NCBI GenBank assembly: GCA_965216465.1
Contig: CBDCFW010000006.1
Span: 853,244-917,243, forward strand
Length of the DNA: 64,000 nt
Source: Bacteroidia bacterium
Lineage (GTDB): Bacteria > Bacteroidota > Bacteroidia > NS11-12g > UBA9320
Direction: 5' to 3'
Below, piece after piece: positions 38,078 through 47,633 of the stretch; position 1 is the first letter of the stretch, and every line of letters begins with the position of its first letter. The notes beneath the pieces were generated by a model. That model was not told where the DNA came from, ran no database searches, and worked only from the letters and a program-made list of their open reading frames with translations. Both the position numbers and the translations under genes were made by a program.

Positions 38078-39544
38078 ATGAAAAAAACAACTTTAATCGT
38101 CTTTGCAATTCTGGCTACACTTGGAGCCAATGCATTTTGTGGCTTCTATGTCGCTAAGGCAGGATCAAACCTGTACAACAACAAATCTGAAGTTATTCTG
38201 GTCCGCGATGGAGACCGCACAACAATTACAATGAGTAACGATTTTCAAGGCAATGTGAAAGATTTTGCCATGGTCGTTCCTGTACCTAATGTTATATCAA
38301 GAAGAGATATTAAGGTGGCAGATAGAGGAATCTTTGAATTTTTAGATGCCTATTCAGCTCCAAGATTGGTAGAATACTTTGATCATAACCCCTGTGCAGT
38401 TCCACCACCTCCAGTCTTAGAAATTGTCGAAGATGACTTGGAAGTGGATGAAGTCGATGTATCATATTTTACGAAACGTGATGTTCGAACAGGAGTTAAA
38501 ATTGAAGCCAAATACGATGTAGAAGAGTACGAGATCTTGATTTTAAGTGCGACAAAGTCTGAGGGTTTAGAAGAATGGCTAATTACCAACGGCTATAAAA
38601 TACCTACAAAAGCAAAGAAGGTATTAGAGCCTTATATCAAGAATAAACTTAAATTTTTTGTGGTTAAGGTAAATTTGAATAAGTATAATCCTCAAGCACA
38701 TGGAGGGTACCTAAGGCCTTTGCAAGTAAGTGTGACCTCAAATAAATTTATGCTTCCAATTCGATTAGGGATGGCCAATTCGAAAGGAGCTCAAGACATG
38801 ATCGTTTATACCTTTTCAAAAAAGGGAAGAGTTGAGTGCACCAACTACAGAACAGTAGACGTGCCATCAAATCGAAACGTTCCAACTTTTGTTAAGGCTA
38901 AATTTGGGAACTTCTATAAAGACTTGTTCGAAACCTCATATCGTCGTCAAGGTAAAGATGCAGTTTTCTTGGAGTATGCTTGGAATGTTACTCCACGTTT
39001 TACCGGAATGAAATGCGATCCATGTGTTGGAAATCCTCCTTACGTAAATGAGTTGTCTAAAGCGGGAGTTCATTGGTCTGGAAGTGGCCAGAATGTTTTT
39101 TTTACAAGAATGCATGTACGGTACGCTCTCGACAAATTTCCTGAAGACTTGTTCTTTCAAGAAACACCAAACAACCAAAACTTTCAAGCGAGATATATTA
39201 TTACACATCCGGCTGGGGGAGACTTAACCTGTGATGAAGGCCAGCAATATTTGGCCAAATTAAAAACCCGCAGGAAAAAGGAATTGTCTGAAATGTCGGC
39301 ATTAACACAATGGGATGCATTGAAGTATCCGGATTATGTATCTACTGGATCTGCCCAAGAGCGGGTGGAAGTGAAGGAGGTGGATGAAATAGAGACCGAC
39401 CCAATTAAAAATGATGTTTTTCCAATAGGCAATATGAACAACGACAAACCAAAGGGCCCGATGCTTTTTTTAGTCCTTTTTGTCACCATGTTTATAGCCT
39501 ATATGGTCAACAATTTAGCGTTGCAGCGTCGCTTGCAACGATAA
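38078..39544 (+). CDS. Secreted conserved hypothetical protein with a C-terminal TM anchor (possibly DUF2330-like)
   Basis: Signal peptide MKKTTLIVFAILATLGANAFC, then a large extracytoplasmic domain and a C-terminal hydrophobic helix GPMLFLVLFVTMFIAYMV. It overlaps the upstream gene's 3' end. Confidence 0.4.
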   Translation: MKKTTLIVFAILATLGANAFCGFYVAKAGSNLYNNKSEVILVRDGDRTTITMSNDFQGNVKDFAMVVPVPNVISRRDIKVADRGIFEFLDAYSAPRLVEYFDHNPCAVPPPPVLEIVEDDLEVDEVDVSYFTKRDVRTGVKIEAKYDVEEYEILILSATKSEGLEEWLITNGYKIPTKAKKVLEPYIKNKLKFFVVKVNLNKYNPQAHGGYLRPLQVSVTSNKFMLPIRLGMANSKGAQDMIVYTFSKKGRVECTNYRTVDVPSNRNVPTFVKAKFGNFYKDLFETSYRRQGKDAVFLEYAWNVTPRFTGMKCDPCVGNPPYVNELSKAGVHWSGSGQNVFFTRMHVRYALDKFPEDLFFQETPNNQNFQARYIITHPAGGDLTCDEGQQYLAKLKTRRKKELSEMSALTQWDALKYPDYVSTGSAQERVEVKEVDEIETDPIKNDVFPIGNMNNDKPKGPMLFLVLFVTMFIAYMVNNLALQRRLQR

Positions 39545-39565
39545 GACTATGTAAATTCGAAAAAA

Positions 39566-39589
39566 GGCCCCTAACCTAGGGGTCTTTTT
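39566..39589 (+). terminator. rho-independent terminator
   Basis: ggCCCCTAaccTAGGGGtcttttt. Confidence 0.55.
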
Positions 39590-39607
39590 CTTTTATTTGC
39601 ATTTGAA

Positions 39608-40099
39608 TTGAAGAACCAACTACCAACTTATCTTAAAGTTTTTTGTGTACTTAGCATTATTGGATTTAGCTACTTAACTGCTATGAATTATGTGATGTAT
39701 TCAACGCCTGAACAGATATCCACAATGCGACAAGATATACTTGTTCAACTTGAACATAGTATAGAAGACATGGAGAACGACTCTAATACCGAAGAATTGG
39801 ATGGCTTTTTTGATAAGGTTACTGAAGATGTAGAAACCCATTTAACCGAATCAAGATACAAACAACATAGCCTATACAGGATGTTGGGAAACTTCTTGAC
39901 ACTCATAGGAGCAATGTTCATGTTCAGAGCGAGAAAGCTTGGATTTCATCTTTACATAGGAGGCTCCATTCTATCAATCGTATTTGGTTTTGTAGCATTT
40001 GGATTCGGTATGATAGGTTGGGCGTTTAACATCCTCTACATTTTCGCGGCTCTCCTATTCGGCTTTATATATTTCAAATCCTTAAAGTACTTAAATTAA
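39608..40099 (+). CDS. Hypothetical polytopic membrane protein
   Basis: One N-terminal TM helix, an acidic soluble segment and C-terminal TM helices. Its stop TAA is immediately followed by the GTG start of the radical SAM gene. Confidence 0.5.
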   Translation: MKNQLPTYLKVFCVLSIIGFSYLTAMNYVMYSTPEQISTMRQDILVQLEHSIEDMENDSNTEELDGFFDKVTEDVETHLTESRYKQHSLYRMLGNFLTLIGAMFMFRARKLGFHLYIGGSILSIVFGFVAFGFGMIGWAFNILYIFAALLFGFIYFKSLKYLN

Positions 40100-41125
40100 G
40101 TGTTTAGCAAGGCTCAAGTAATAGATGGAATTCAGTACGCAAAATCGTTGAATATCAACAGGTTGTTCAATGCGGCTAAGATTTATTTAAGCTACTTTGC
40201 GAGTAAGGCAACGAAGAAAAACTATCACTCCGGCAATCCAATTGCGATCTCAATAGAACCAACAACTTCATGTAATCTTCGATGTCCTGAATGTCCATCA
40301 GGATTGCGATCTTTTTCAAGACCTATTGGAATGTTAGATCCCGAATTGAACAAGACTATAATTGACCAATTAAAAGGGGAGTTAACCTATATCACGTACT
40401 ACTTTCAAGGAGAGCCATACCTCAACACTAATTTTACGGATATGGTTCGGTATGCAAGCGACCACAAAATTTATACAGCCACCTCTACAAATGCACACTA
40501 CCTAACCGACGACAATTGTAAGAAAACGATTGAAAGTGGATTGAGCCGTATGATTATTTCAATCGACGGAGTAACACAAGATAGCTATGGGAAATATAGA
40601 ATTGGAGGAGACCTCAAAAAGGTGATAGAAGGAACCAAAAATATGGTTCGGTGGAAGAAGGAAATGAAGAGTAAGACTCCGTTTATTTTGTGGCAGTTTA
40701 TTGTATTTGGTCATAACGAGCACGAAATAGATGAGATTCGATCGCTAGCTAAGGAAGTTGGTGTCGACCACTTAGCATTAAAAACAGCCCAGATTTATGA
40801 CTTTGAAACAGGAAGTGATTTACTTCCAAAAAACCCCAAATATTCGAGGTATAAAAAGAAGAATGGCAGGTACCAAATTCAGCACAAATTACTGAACCAT
40901 TGCTGGAGAATGTGGCATGCCTGTGTCGCTACCTGGGACGGCAAACTTGTTCCCTGCTGTTTTGATAAAGACGCCGAGTATCAGCTCGGAAGTCTAAACA
41001 ATTTGACGTTCAAGCAAATATGGAAATCGGAAGAATACAATCGATTTAGAAGACTCATCTTGAAATCGAGAAGCAATATTGACATCTGCAAGAACTGTAC
41101 TGAGGGCACTAGTGTCTGGAAGTAA
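40100..41125 (+). CDS. Radical SAM enzyme with a C-terminal SPASM/twitch-like Cys-rich domain
   Basis: SIEPTTSCNLRCPECPS has the CxxxCxxC motif. The C-terminus CWRMWHAC...PCCFDKD...DICKNC is an auxiliary-cluster Cys pattern. Confidence 0.8.
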   Translation: MFSKAQVIDGIQYAKSLNINRLFNAAKIYLSYFASKATKKNYHSGNPIAISIEPTTSCNLRCPECPSGLRSFSRPIGMLDPELNKTIIDQLKGELTYITYYFQGEPYLNTNFTDMVRYASDHKIYTATSTNAHYLTDDNCKKTIESGLSRMIISIDGVTQDSYGKYRIGGDLKKVIEGTKNMVRWKKEMKSKTPFILWQFIVFGHNEHEIDEIRSLAKEVGVDHLALKTAQIYDFETGSDLLPKNPKYSRYKKKNGRYQIQHKLLNHCWRMWHACVATWDGKLVPCCFDKDAEYQLGSLNNLTFKQIWKSEEYNRFRRLILKSRSNIDICKNCTEGTSVWK

Positions 41126-41201
41126 AAAAGTGAAAATTATTTTTGTGATTACCCAAATTGCATTAATATTGCTTGAATCAAAAATAAAGGCTTTTGATAT
41201 T

Positions 41202-42704
41202 ATGAATAGACACTTACTAACTTTATTAGTTGCACTAATACTTTTTACCCCCACCTTAGAAGCACAGAATAACGGAAACAAATTTGGCTTTGAAATCAAT
41301 GGTGGCTTGCGCGAATATCACGGTGATTTGGGTAGTGCACTATATCTACAAAGAAGACCTGATTATCAATTTGTAGGAGGAGCATTTGGAATGTCTCTTA
41401 ATCCTTCATTTGATGTAAACATCTACGGTTCTTCTGGTGATTTAGGGTTTTATAAGAATACATACGACGTTCGTACTACAAGATCATACCGACAAGGTTT
41501 TAGATCTAGAATTACCAACGTAATGCTAGGGGTTACATACAAGTTTAATAATGGTTACATTATGGACGAAGACGCGACCTTTAAGCCGTATTTAAGAGGA
41601 GGTTGGGGTGTAAGCCAATCGATTACCCGTTTGTCACACAATAAAACAGGATACTCAGAAAGTAGAAACTGGTTAGCATCACACTGGAATGCAGGTGTTG
41701 GTGTTAAAATCAGATTAACTCCTTCTATCGATCTTGCTTTAAGCGAAATGTTTAACTACAGTTTCGATGATAACTACGACGGTGAGCCATTCACGCTGAC
41801 AGGTGCGAAACTGAACGATGCAATGGAGGGCAATAAGCCACTTCACGATGCATTCTTAGCTCACTCTATTGGATTTGTATTTAACTTCGGTGGCGGAGGA
41901 AGCGGATACACGATCAAAGACTCTGACGAAGATGGTGTTGCTGATGCGTTTGATATCTGTCCTAATACTCCAGACGGATATGAAGTTGATAGCGTTGGTT
42001 GTGCATTAGACGATGATAAAGATGGTGTACCTAACGAAATTGATAAGTGCCCAACTGTTCCTGGTGAGAAAGACAGAGACGGTTGCCCAATTTTAGATAA
42101 GGATAGAGATGGTATCGAAGATGCTGATGATAAGTGCCCAGAAACTCCAGGTTTAAAAGAGTTCGATGGCTGCCCAGATTCAGATAAAGACGGTATTATC
42201 GATTCTGAAGATAAATGTCCACTACTTGCCGGTACAGCAGAAGGCGAAGGTTGTCCTGATTCTGACGGCGATGGTGTTTATGACCATAAAGATGTTTGTC
42301 CTACAACTCCAGGGGTTGTTGAGAACAAAGGTTGTCCAGAAATTAAAGAGGAAGTTAAGGAAGCTATTAGACTGGCTGCAAAAGGAATTTACTTCGAAAG
42401 TGGTAAAGACGTAATAAAAGCAGAGTCATTCGCTAACCTTGACAAACTAGTAGAGATACTAAACGAATATCCAGAAGCAAAGGTTGCTATTGATGGTCAC
42501 ACTGATAGCCAAGGTGAAGATGCCGACAATTTGCAGCTTTCGCAGGATAGAGCAAGTGCGGTTAAAAGATATTTAGCGTCTAAAGGCGTTGAAGAAACTA
42601 GAATGACTGCCACAGGATATGGAGAGACTCAGCCAGTTGCTGATAATGGTTCAGCCGCTGGGCGAGCACTAAATAGAAGAGTAGACTTTAAACTCTCTTA
42701 TTAA
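41202..42704 (+). CDS. OmpA-family protein with thrombospondin type-3 (Ca-binding DxDxDG) repeats
   Basis: Signal peptide and N-terminal beta-barrel-like region. DSDEDGVADAFD, DDDKDGVPNEID, DKDRDGIEDADD and DSDKDGIIDSED are type-3 repeats. The C-terminal OmpA_C domain is ...DGHTDSQGEDADNLQLSQDRASAV... Confidence 0.85.
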   Translation: MNRHLLTLLVALILFTPTLEAQNNGNKFGFEINGGLREYHGDLGSALYLQRRPDYQFVGGAFGMSLNPSFDVNIYGSSGDLGFYKNTYDVRTTRSYRQGFRSRITNVMLGVTYKFNNGYIMDEDATFKPYLRGGWGVSQSITRLSHNKTGYSESRNWLASHWNAGVGVKIRLTPSIDLALSEMFNYSFDDNYDGEPFTLTGAKLNDAMEGNKPLHDAFLAHSIGFVFNFGGGGSGYTIKDSDEDGVADAFDICPNTPDGYEVDSVGCALDDDKDGVPNEIDKCPTVPGEKDRDGCPILDKDRDGIEDADDKCPETPGLKEFDGCPDSDKDGIIDSEDKCPLLAGTAEGEGCPDSDGDGVYDHKDVCPTTPGVVENKGCPEIKEEVKEAIRLAAKGIYFESGKDVIKAESFANLDKLVEILNEYPEAKVAIDGHTDSQGEDADNLQLSQDRASAVKRYLASKGVEETRMTATGYGETQPVADNGSAAGRALNRRVDFKLSY

Positions 42705-42730
42705 ATCTCAAACTAAAAGCTAAGATTAAA

Positions 42731-42756
42731 GGGGCACGCATTGCGTGCCCCTTTTT
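42731..42756. terminator. Bidirectional rho-independent terminator between convergent genes
   Basis: aaaGGGGCACGCattGCGTGCCCCttttt is a near-perfect palindrome with A-rich and T-rich runs on both sides. Confidence 0.6.
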
Positions 42757-42815
42757 ATTTAATACTTATCCTAGGTCGTGCTTGTTACCCGACCTAAAAA
42801 TCCCGAAAATTCGTC

Positions 42816-43103
42816 TTATTTCTTTTCGTCTTGATCGCCCTCAATTTCTTCAATTTCTGCATCGGGCTTAGACTCTTCAACACTGCCTTCTTTGGCATGA
42901 AATTTCTGATAGTACGACTCATCATCCATTTTAATTAAATAAAGACAATCGTTGAGTTGAAGTTCGAGTGCTTTTAAAAATCCTCCGCCAGAAGTAGGGA
43001 AGTTTACAAATTCAGCGTCGTCTACTCCATTAGGAAATTCCTTCAACAAGAAATTCATAACATCCTTGTTGACGTTCTTCAGTGATGTGATAATCCGTTT
43101 CAT
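42816..43103 (-). CDS. Hypothetical 95-aa acidic protein
   Basis: ORF with protein-like composition and an acidic C-terminal tail. No family recognised. Confidence 0.4.
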   Translation of the reverse strand: MKRIITSLKNVNKDVMNFLLKEFPNGVDDAEFVNFPTSGGGFLKALELQLNDCLYLIKMDDESYYQKFHAKEGSVEESKPDAEIEEIEGDQDEKK

Positions 43104-43169
43104 TGCATACGTCTTGTGTAGTTCTACACAAATATCAAAAGCAATAAAAAGGAGATGTAAACATTGGTT

Positions 43170-43829
43170 TTAGGAGATGTTTGGTTTTGTGAGCAATTCT
43201 TCTTTCCCTATGCGTTGTGCAGCAAAGTACGCAACTACATGGCCAAGGTTCTTTAAATTCTTCTTCATCCACTGTGCTTGCTCAGGACAAGTAAGATCGC
43301 CAAGCTCCAATACCAGTTCGGCATCTTTAGTTATGGTATACTTAAAGTTGTAGTAATTGCTCAAATTTTTAGTGAAATTATCATCATGCCATTTGTACTT
43401 GAAGTAAGAGCTATAAAACTCCTTCCAAGCATCAGCAGCAGGCTTATCTGTCGGGTCGTCGTAACCTATTGAAGCCCCTGAACCGCACACCGTAGCACAA
43501 CCATCGAAGTGAATCGATAATGCTAGATCAACTACGCTATATTTTCTTCTGTCAGCCTTGCTACGAATTACAGATATACCGGCTTCTCTTAGTATTCTGG
43601 TTGCTTCGTCAGCAACTATCGGAGTCCAATCTATTTCTCGACCATAAGAACTTGATGTGCCTGTTGCTCCTCGTGTTCTTCCTTCGTGACCAGCTTGTAT
43701 ATATATTTCTGCTTTGTCATATTTTAAAATACCTTTTCGCGACAACTTGTAATGAGAAGTAAAGTATTGATAGCCGAGTGTTGAAGCACTTAAAAAAGCT
43801 AAAATAAGAATGATTTTTAAACGAGTCAT
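43170..43829 (-). CDS. N-acetylmuramoyl-L-alanine amidase family (Amidase_3-like) secreted protein
   Basis: Signal peptide. IQAGHEGRTRGATG...REIDWTPIVADEATRILREAGISV...DLALSIHFDG follows the Amidase_3 pattern (AGHGG...GA.G...E....i.....L...G..V...R....DlfiSiHaNa). Confidence 0.5.
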   Translation of the reverse strand: MTRLKIILILAFLSASTLGYQYFTSHYKLSRKGILKYDKAEIYIQAGHEGRTRGATGTSSSYGREIDWTPIVADEATRILREAGISVIRSKADRRKYSVVDLALSIHFDGCATVCGSGASIGYDDPTDKPAADAWKEFYSSYFKYKWHDDNFTKNLSNYYNFKYTITKDAELVLELGDLTCPEQAQWMKKNLKNLGHVVAYFAAQRIGKEELLTKPNIS

Positions 43830-43907
43830 AGTTAGATTGAGGTTTCAGTTTATAACGAATGAAGAAAAACTATATTGTTTTTGAGGGGTTGACTAATAAG
43901 TGCATCT

Positions 43908-44249
43908 TTGCACCCCGCTATGCTAAAAATGTGGAACAGTCTTAAATTGAAGTGGAATGTTGATTCTGACTTAAGATTAGGGTGGATATTTATCATTTTC
44001 GCAATTACAGGTAGTTCGATTGTTTTTGTGCGACAGCCCATTCAGGTTTATCTTTATGATGAAGCAAATTTCTGGGATTTAATCTGGTATCAAAAGCTCG
44101 TAATAACACTCGTGGTTTATTTTGTATACCAAATACATCTTTTTGTAATAGGAAGCATACTTGGAGAACACAAGTTTGTAAAGTGGTTTATTCTCAAAAT
44201 GAACAAAAGAATGTTTGGCCGACTTATTAAAAAGCAAGGTAATGAATAA
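43908..44249 (+). CDS. Small membrane protein, hypothetical
   Basis: Two or three predicted TM helices. Co-oriented with, and abutting, apbC. The antisense ORF 44079..44321 is judged spurious. Confidence 0.4.
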   Translation: MHPAMLKMWNSLKLKWNVDSDLRLGWIFIIFAITGSSIVFVRQPIQVYLYDEANFWDLIWYQKLVITLVVYFVYQIHLFVIGSILGEHKFVKWFILKMNKRMFGRLIKKQGNE

Positions 44250-45249
44250 AGAAGATATTTTAAAAGCATTGGGATATGTTGAAGATCCAGACCTAAAAAA
44301 GGATTTGGTAACCTTGAACATGATTCAAAATCTAGAAATTTCAGGGAGTAATGTGAAGTTTGATTTAGTGCTTACCACGCCAGCATGCCCGCTCAAAGAG
44401 ACTATTGCAAATGCATGTAGAAATGCGATAATAACAATGGTCAATGCAGAGGCTGATATCGATATTAATATTACTTCGAATGTTGAGCGAAGCAGAACTG
44501 AAAACGAGGTGCTGAAAACGGTGAAGAATATTATTGCTATTGCATCTGGTAAAGGTGGAGTAGGGAAGAGCACGGTTGCCATCAACATAGCGAAAACTTT
44601 GCAGCAAGCTGGAGCAAAAGTTGGCCTGTTGGATGCAGATATACATGGCCCGTCTATCCCAGTATTGTTAAATACAGAAGAAGAGAAACCTGCACTAGAA
44701 GATAACCTTATGTTGCCAATTGAATCGGATGGTCTTAAAACTATGAGCATCGGATATTTGGTTGACAGACAACAGGCACTTGTTTGGAGGGGTCCGATGT
44801 TGGCGAAAGCAATTTCACAGTTTTGCACCGACGTGAAATGGGGAGAGCTTGATTATTTGATTATTGATTTGCCTCCAGGAACAGGGGATGCACATCTGAG
44901 CATCATTCAGCAAATTCCATTAAGCGGAGTCGTAATCGTAACAACTCCTGAAGATGTGGCAATATCTGACACAGTTAAGGCTGTAGATATGTTTACAAAT
45001 CCACAGATTAAGCAAAATATTTTAGGTGTAGTTGAGAACATGAGCTACTTCCAACCTGAGGGCTCTGATAAAAAACACTACATCTTTGGGAAAGAAGGAG
45101 GAGCAGTATTGTGCAAAGAGAGCAACCTCGATTTATTGGGAGAACTTCCTATTTTAGAAGATAAGTCTTTTCCAAACCAAATTTCACACTACACGCCAGT
45201 AGTAGGAAGCATAGTTCAAAAACTATCAATTTTAGCAGCTAACGGATAA
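44242..45249 (+). CDS. apbC: Mrp/NBP35/ApbC-family Fe-S cluster carrier ATPase with an N-terminal DUF59/MIP18 domain
   Basis: IAIASGKGGVGKSTVAINIA is the Walker A/P-loop, with a CxxC pattern downstream. The N-terminal DUF59 is DPDLKKDLVTLNMIQNLEI. Confidence 0.85.
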   Translation: MNKEDILKALGYVEDPDLKKDLVTLNMIQNLEISGSNVKFDLVLTTPACPLKETIANACRNAIITMVNAEADIDINITSNVERSRTENEVLKTVKNIIAIASGKGGVGKSTVAINIAKTLQQAGAKVGLLDADIHGPSIPVLLNTEEEKPALEDNLMLPIESDGLKTMSIGYLVDRQQALVWRGPMLAKAISQFCTDVKWGELDYLIIDLPPGTGDAHLSIIQQIPLSGVVIVTTPEDVAISDTVKAVDMFTNPQIKQNILGVVENMSYFQPEGSDKKHYIFGKEGGAVLCKESNLDLLGELPILEDKSFPNQISHYTPVVGSIVQKLSILAANG

Positions 45250-45260
45250 AAACAATATCT

Positions 45261-45503
45261 TTGAACCATCAAATGTCGGAATCACAAACTAAAATAGAAG
45301 AAGCACTTGATACCATTAGACCTTTTCTGAAGAAGGATGGTGGTGACGTGGAATTTGTTTCGTACGAAGACAACACCGTAAAAATAAAATTGCTGGGAGC
45401 GTGCAAAACGTGTAGCATTAGTCACATAACAATGAAGGCTGGCGTCGAAGAAAGCATTAAGAAGGTGTTACCTAACGTTTCGTCTGTAGTTGCAGTTAAT
45501 TAA
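45261..45503 (+). CDS. NifU-like domain protein (Nfu-type, 80 aa)
   Basis: IRPFLKKDGGDVEFVSYEDNTVKIKLLGACKTCSIS is a NifU C-terminal domain with a CxxC motif. Confidence 0.7.
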   Translation: MNHQMSESQTKIEEALDTIRPFLKKDGGDVEFVSYEDNTVKIKLLGACKTCSISHITMKAGVEESIKKVLPNVSSVVAVN

Positions 45504-45515
45504 TTTCGTTTCAAT

Positions 45516-46373
45516 ATGAAACGAAGCGATAACTTTCCCAACCTCTTTGATTTCATAAATACTTTTAGCATTTGGGTCGTTCTAGGCTCATTTACTACCT
45601 ACAGCTATTTTGCCTTGGTGTATGGATTTCAGCCGGACTTTCAAGCAGGAGTAATCTTGGCACTCAGTATTTGGGTAATTTATACAGTAGACCATCTTTT
45701 AGATGGTTACAAGCTTAAAGGCAAAGCCATGGCAAAACGACATCAGCAACATTATCAGCTGAGAGGTTGGCTTATGGTATTGGTGGCCTTATCATCACTG
45801 GCCGCAATAATTTTGGTTTTTACCCACCTAGACCGTAACTATTTTACCTTTGGCTTTTTGTTATTAGGATTGACCGTCATGCATTTTTTGATTAATGCGA
45901 CAATATCAAACAAGACAAAGAATCGCATTTTTTTGAAAGAAGTGTTTATTGCATTGGTGGTTACCTTAGGTTTTGCAGGATTACCTTTAGCTATTAATCC
46001 AAGCCAAATAGATTCGAGCCTAATTCCAATAATTGCTTCTTTCTTTTTTATCAATCTAGCAAATCTTTTGTTGTTTTCTTACTTTGATTATGAATCAGAT
46101 GAGCGAAGCAATTTTTTATCGGCTGCACATATTTATGGCAAAGATGTTTCTCGAAATGTAGCAATGGTTCTTCTAATACTTTCTATTGGTATTCAGATTT
46201 ATTTAGGAGCTATACAAGGGTTGTCGCTTGCGGTTTGGCTCACCCCAATCTCAATGGCCGGAACTTTGTTACTGTTGGTTTTTGTACCAAGCTTTTTTCA
46301 GGTGAATGATCGCTATCGTTTTTTTGGCGATCTGATTTACTTGTATCCAGCAGTCGTTATTCCATTGCTTTAA
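45516..46373 (+). CDS. Polytopic membrane protein, possibly UbiA-like prenyltransferase fold
   Basis: Eight or so TM helices. YTVDHLLDG and YFDYESDER resemble the two Asp-rich motifs. The family assignment is weak. Confidence 0.35.
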   Translation: MKRSDNFPNLFDFINTFSIWVVLGSFTTYSYFALVYGFQPDFQAGVILALSIWVIYTVDHLLDGYKLKGKAMAKRHQQHYQLRGWLMVLVALSSLAAIILVFTHLDRNYFTFGFLLLGLTVMHFLINATISNKTKNRIFLKEVFIALVVTLGFAGLPLAINPSQIDSSLIPIIASFFFINLANLLLFSYFDYESDERSNFLSAAHIYGKDVSRNVAMVLLILSIGIQIYLGAIQGLSLAVWLTPISMAGTLLLLVFVPSFFQVNDRYRFFGDLIYLYPAVVIPLL

Positions 46374-46920
46374 AATAGCAACTTCTACATCTGGCCTCGT
46401 AAAGATCCTTCTCACCCAATTCAATTTGAGCCGTGCTTTCTGATTTGCGATAGGTGTATTGAGCTAAAGACCCACATTGATTACAGATTGCATGAACCTT
46501 AGTTACATACTCTGCATCGGCCAGCAATCGAGGCATGGGGCCAAAAGGTTGTGCTTTAAAGTCTAGGTCTAAACCGGCAACAATTATTCGCTTACCGCTA
46601 TTGGCAAGTTCACGACAAACGTAGGCAATTGAGTCGTCAAAGAATTGTGCTTCGTCTATACCTATAACCTCTGATTCTTTTGCAAGGGTTTTTAGTTGTG
46701 ATGAATCAGAAACAGGAGTTGCTTCAATGCCGGTGTTATTATGTGACACCACATTTTTATGGTGGTAACGCGTTTCAATTTCAGGCTTAAAGACGGCATA
46801 ACTTTGATTTGCTATAGCTACTCGTTTAAGTCTACGTATCAATTCTTCTGTTTTTCCACTGAACATAGATCCGCAGATTACTTCAATCCATCCTTTATTG
46901 TTTTTTGGCTCAATAAACAT
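46357..46920 (-). CDS. tdk: Thymidine kinase
   Basis: The P-loop CGSMFSGKTEELIRR and the C-terminal zinc ribbon CNQCGS...CRSC. Confidence 0.9.
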   Translation of the reverse strand: MFIEPKNNKGWIEVICGSMFSGKTEELIRRLKRVAIANQSYAVFKPEIETRYHHKNVVSHNNTGIEATPVSDSSQLKTLAKESEVIGIDEAQFFDDSIAYVCRELANSGKRIIVAGLDLDFKAQPFGPMPRLLADAEYVTKVHAICNQCGSLAQYTYRKSESTAQIELGEKDLYEARCRSCYFKAME

Positions 46921-46978
46921 TTGAAATTAATAACACCAACCGAAAGTAATAATAATTAGCTTTATTCGTACCATAATT

Positions 46979-47626
46979 ATGAGCAGAGATCAGATCCACG
47001 ACAAAATTGATGAACTCCTAGGACTAATAAGTATTAATAACAATCGTCTAAGCTTACATTCAGAGAAACTTTCTCAGTTAGATATTGATGTACTCAGAAA
47101 ACAATGCATTGAATTGTACGACGAGATTAATCGCTTAGCTTTAATGGGACGATCTGCTCAAACTCCAATAAAGAGCAAGCCGGTTAAGAAAGAGGTGGTT
47201 GAAGTACCTCCTGTAAAGGAAGAACCTGTTCAAGTGAAGCAAGTGGTTAAAGAACCGGTTGTAGAAGAAGCACCAGCTGAAGAAAAACCTAAACCAGCTC
47301 CTGTTCTAAAAGAAGAACCTAAAAAGTCAAAGCCAAAATCAAATAAGCAGGTCGAAGAAGAAATGCTATCGCTGTTTGAAAAGTTCAATAGTAAACCAAT
47401 TGATAGTATTGCGAAAGCAATTTCAGTAGCCAAGCGATTCGAATTTCAAAGTAACTTTTTTGATGGTGAGGCAAAAGACTACAAAGATTTTATGGCCAAG
47501 CTTGAGGCTGCTGGTGATCGTGAATCAGCATTTGAAATTTACCACGATTACAAAGACCGTCTAAAGTGGGATAATGAAGAGCTGAAAGATGAGCTTAAAG
47601 CCTTAATGTACCGAAAATATCATTAG
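46979..47626 (+). CDS. Hypothetical protein with a Lys/Pro/Glu/Val-rich low-complexity linker
   Basis: ORF with a KPVKKEVVEVPPVKEEPVQVKQVVKEPVVEE repeat-like segment and no recognised family. Confidence 0.45.
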   Translation: MSRDQIHDKIDELLGLISINNNRLSLHSEKLSQLDIDVLRKQCIELYDEINRLALMGRSAQTPIKSKPVKKEVVEVPPVKEEPVQVKQVVKEPVVEEAPAEEKPKPAPVLKEEPKKSKPKSNKQVEEEMLSLFEKFNSKPIDSIAKAISVAKRFEFQSNFFDGEAKDYKDFMAKLEAAGDRESAFEIYHDYKDRLKWDNEELKDELKALMYRKYH

Positions 47627-47633
47627 TAAGTAG

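Noticed and set aside
41079-41201. Upstream extension (MTSARTVLRALVSG...) of the OmpA/TSP3 protein
   Set aside because: The extension overlaps the radical SAM gene's 3' end and precedes a canonical signal peptide that starts at the internal Met (MNRHLLTLLVALILF).
44079-44321. 80-aa minus-strand ORF antisense to the small membrane protein and the apbC start
   Set aside because: It overlaps two co-oriented plus-strand genes that have clear protein features, and it has low-complexity Ser/Tyr/Lys composition with no motif.
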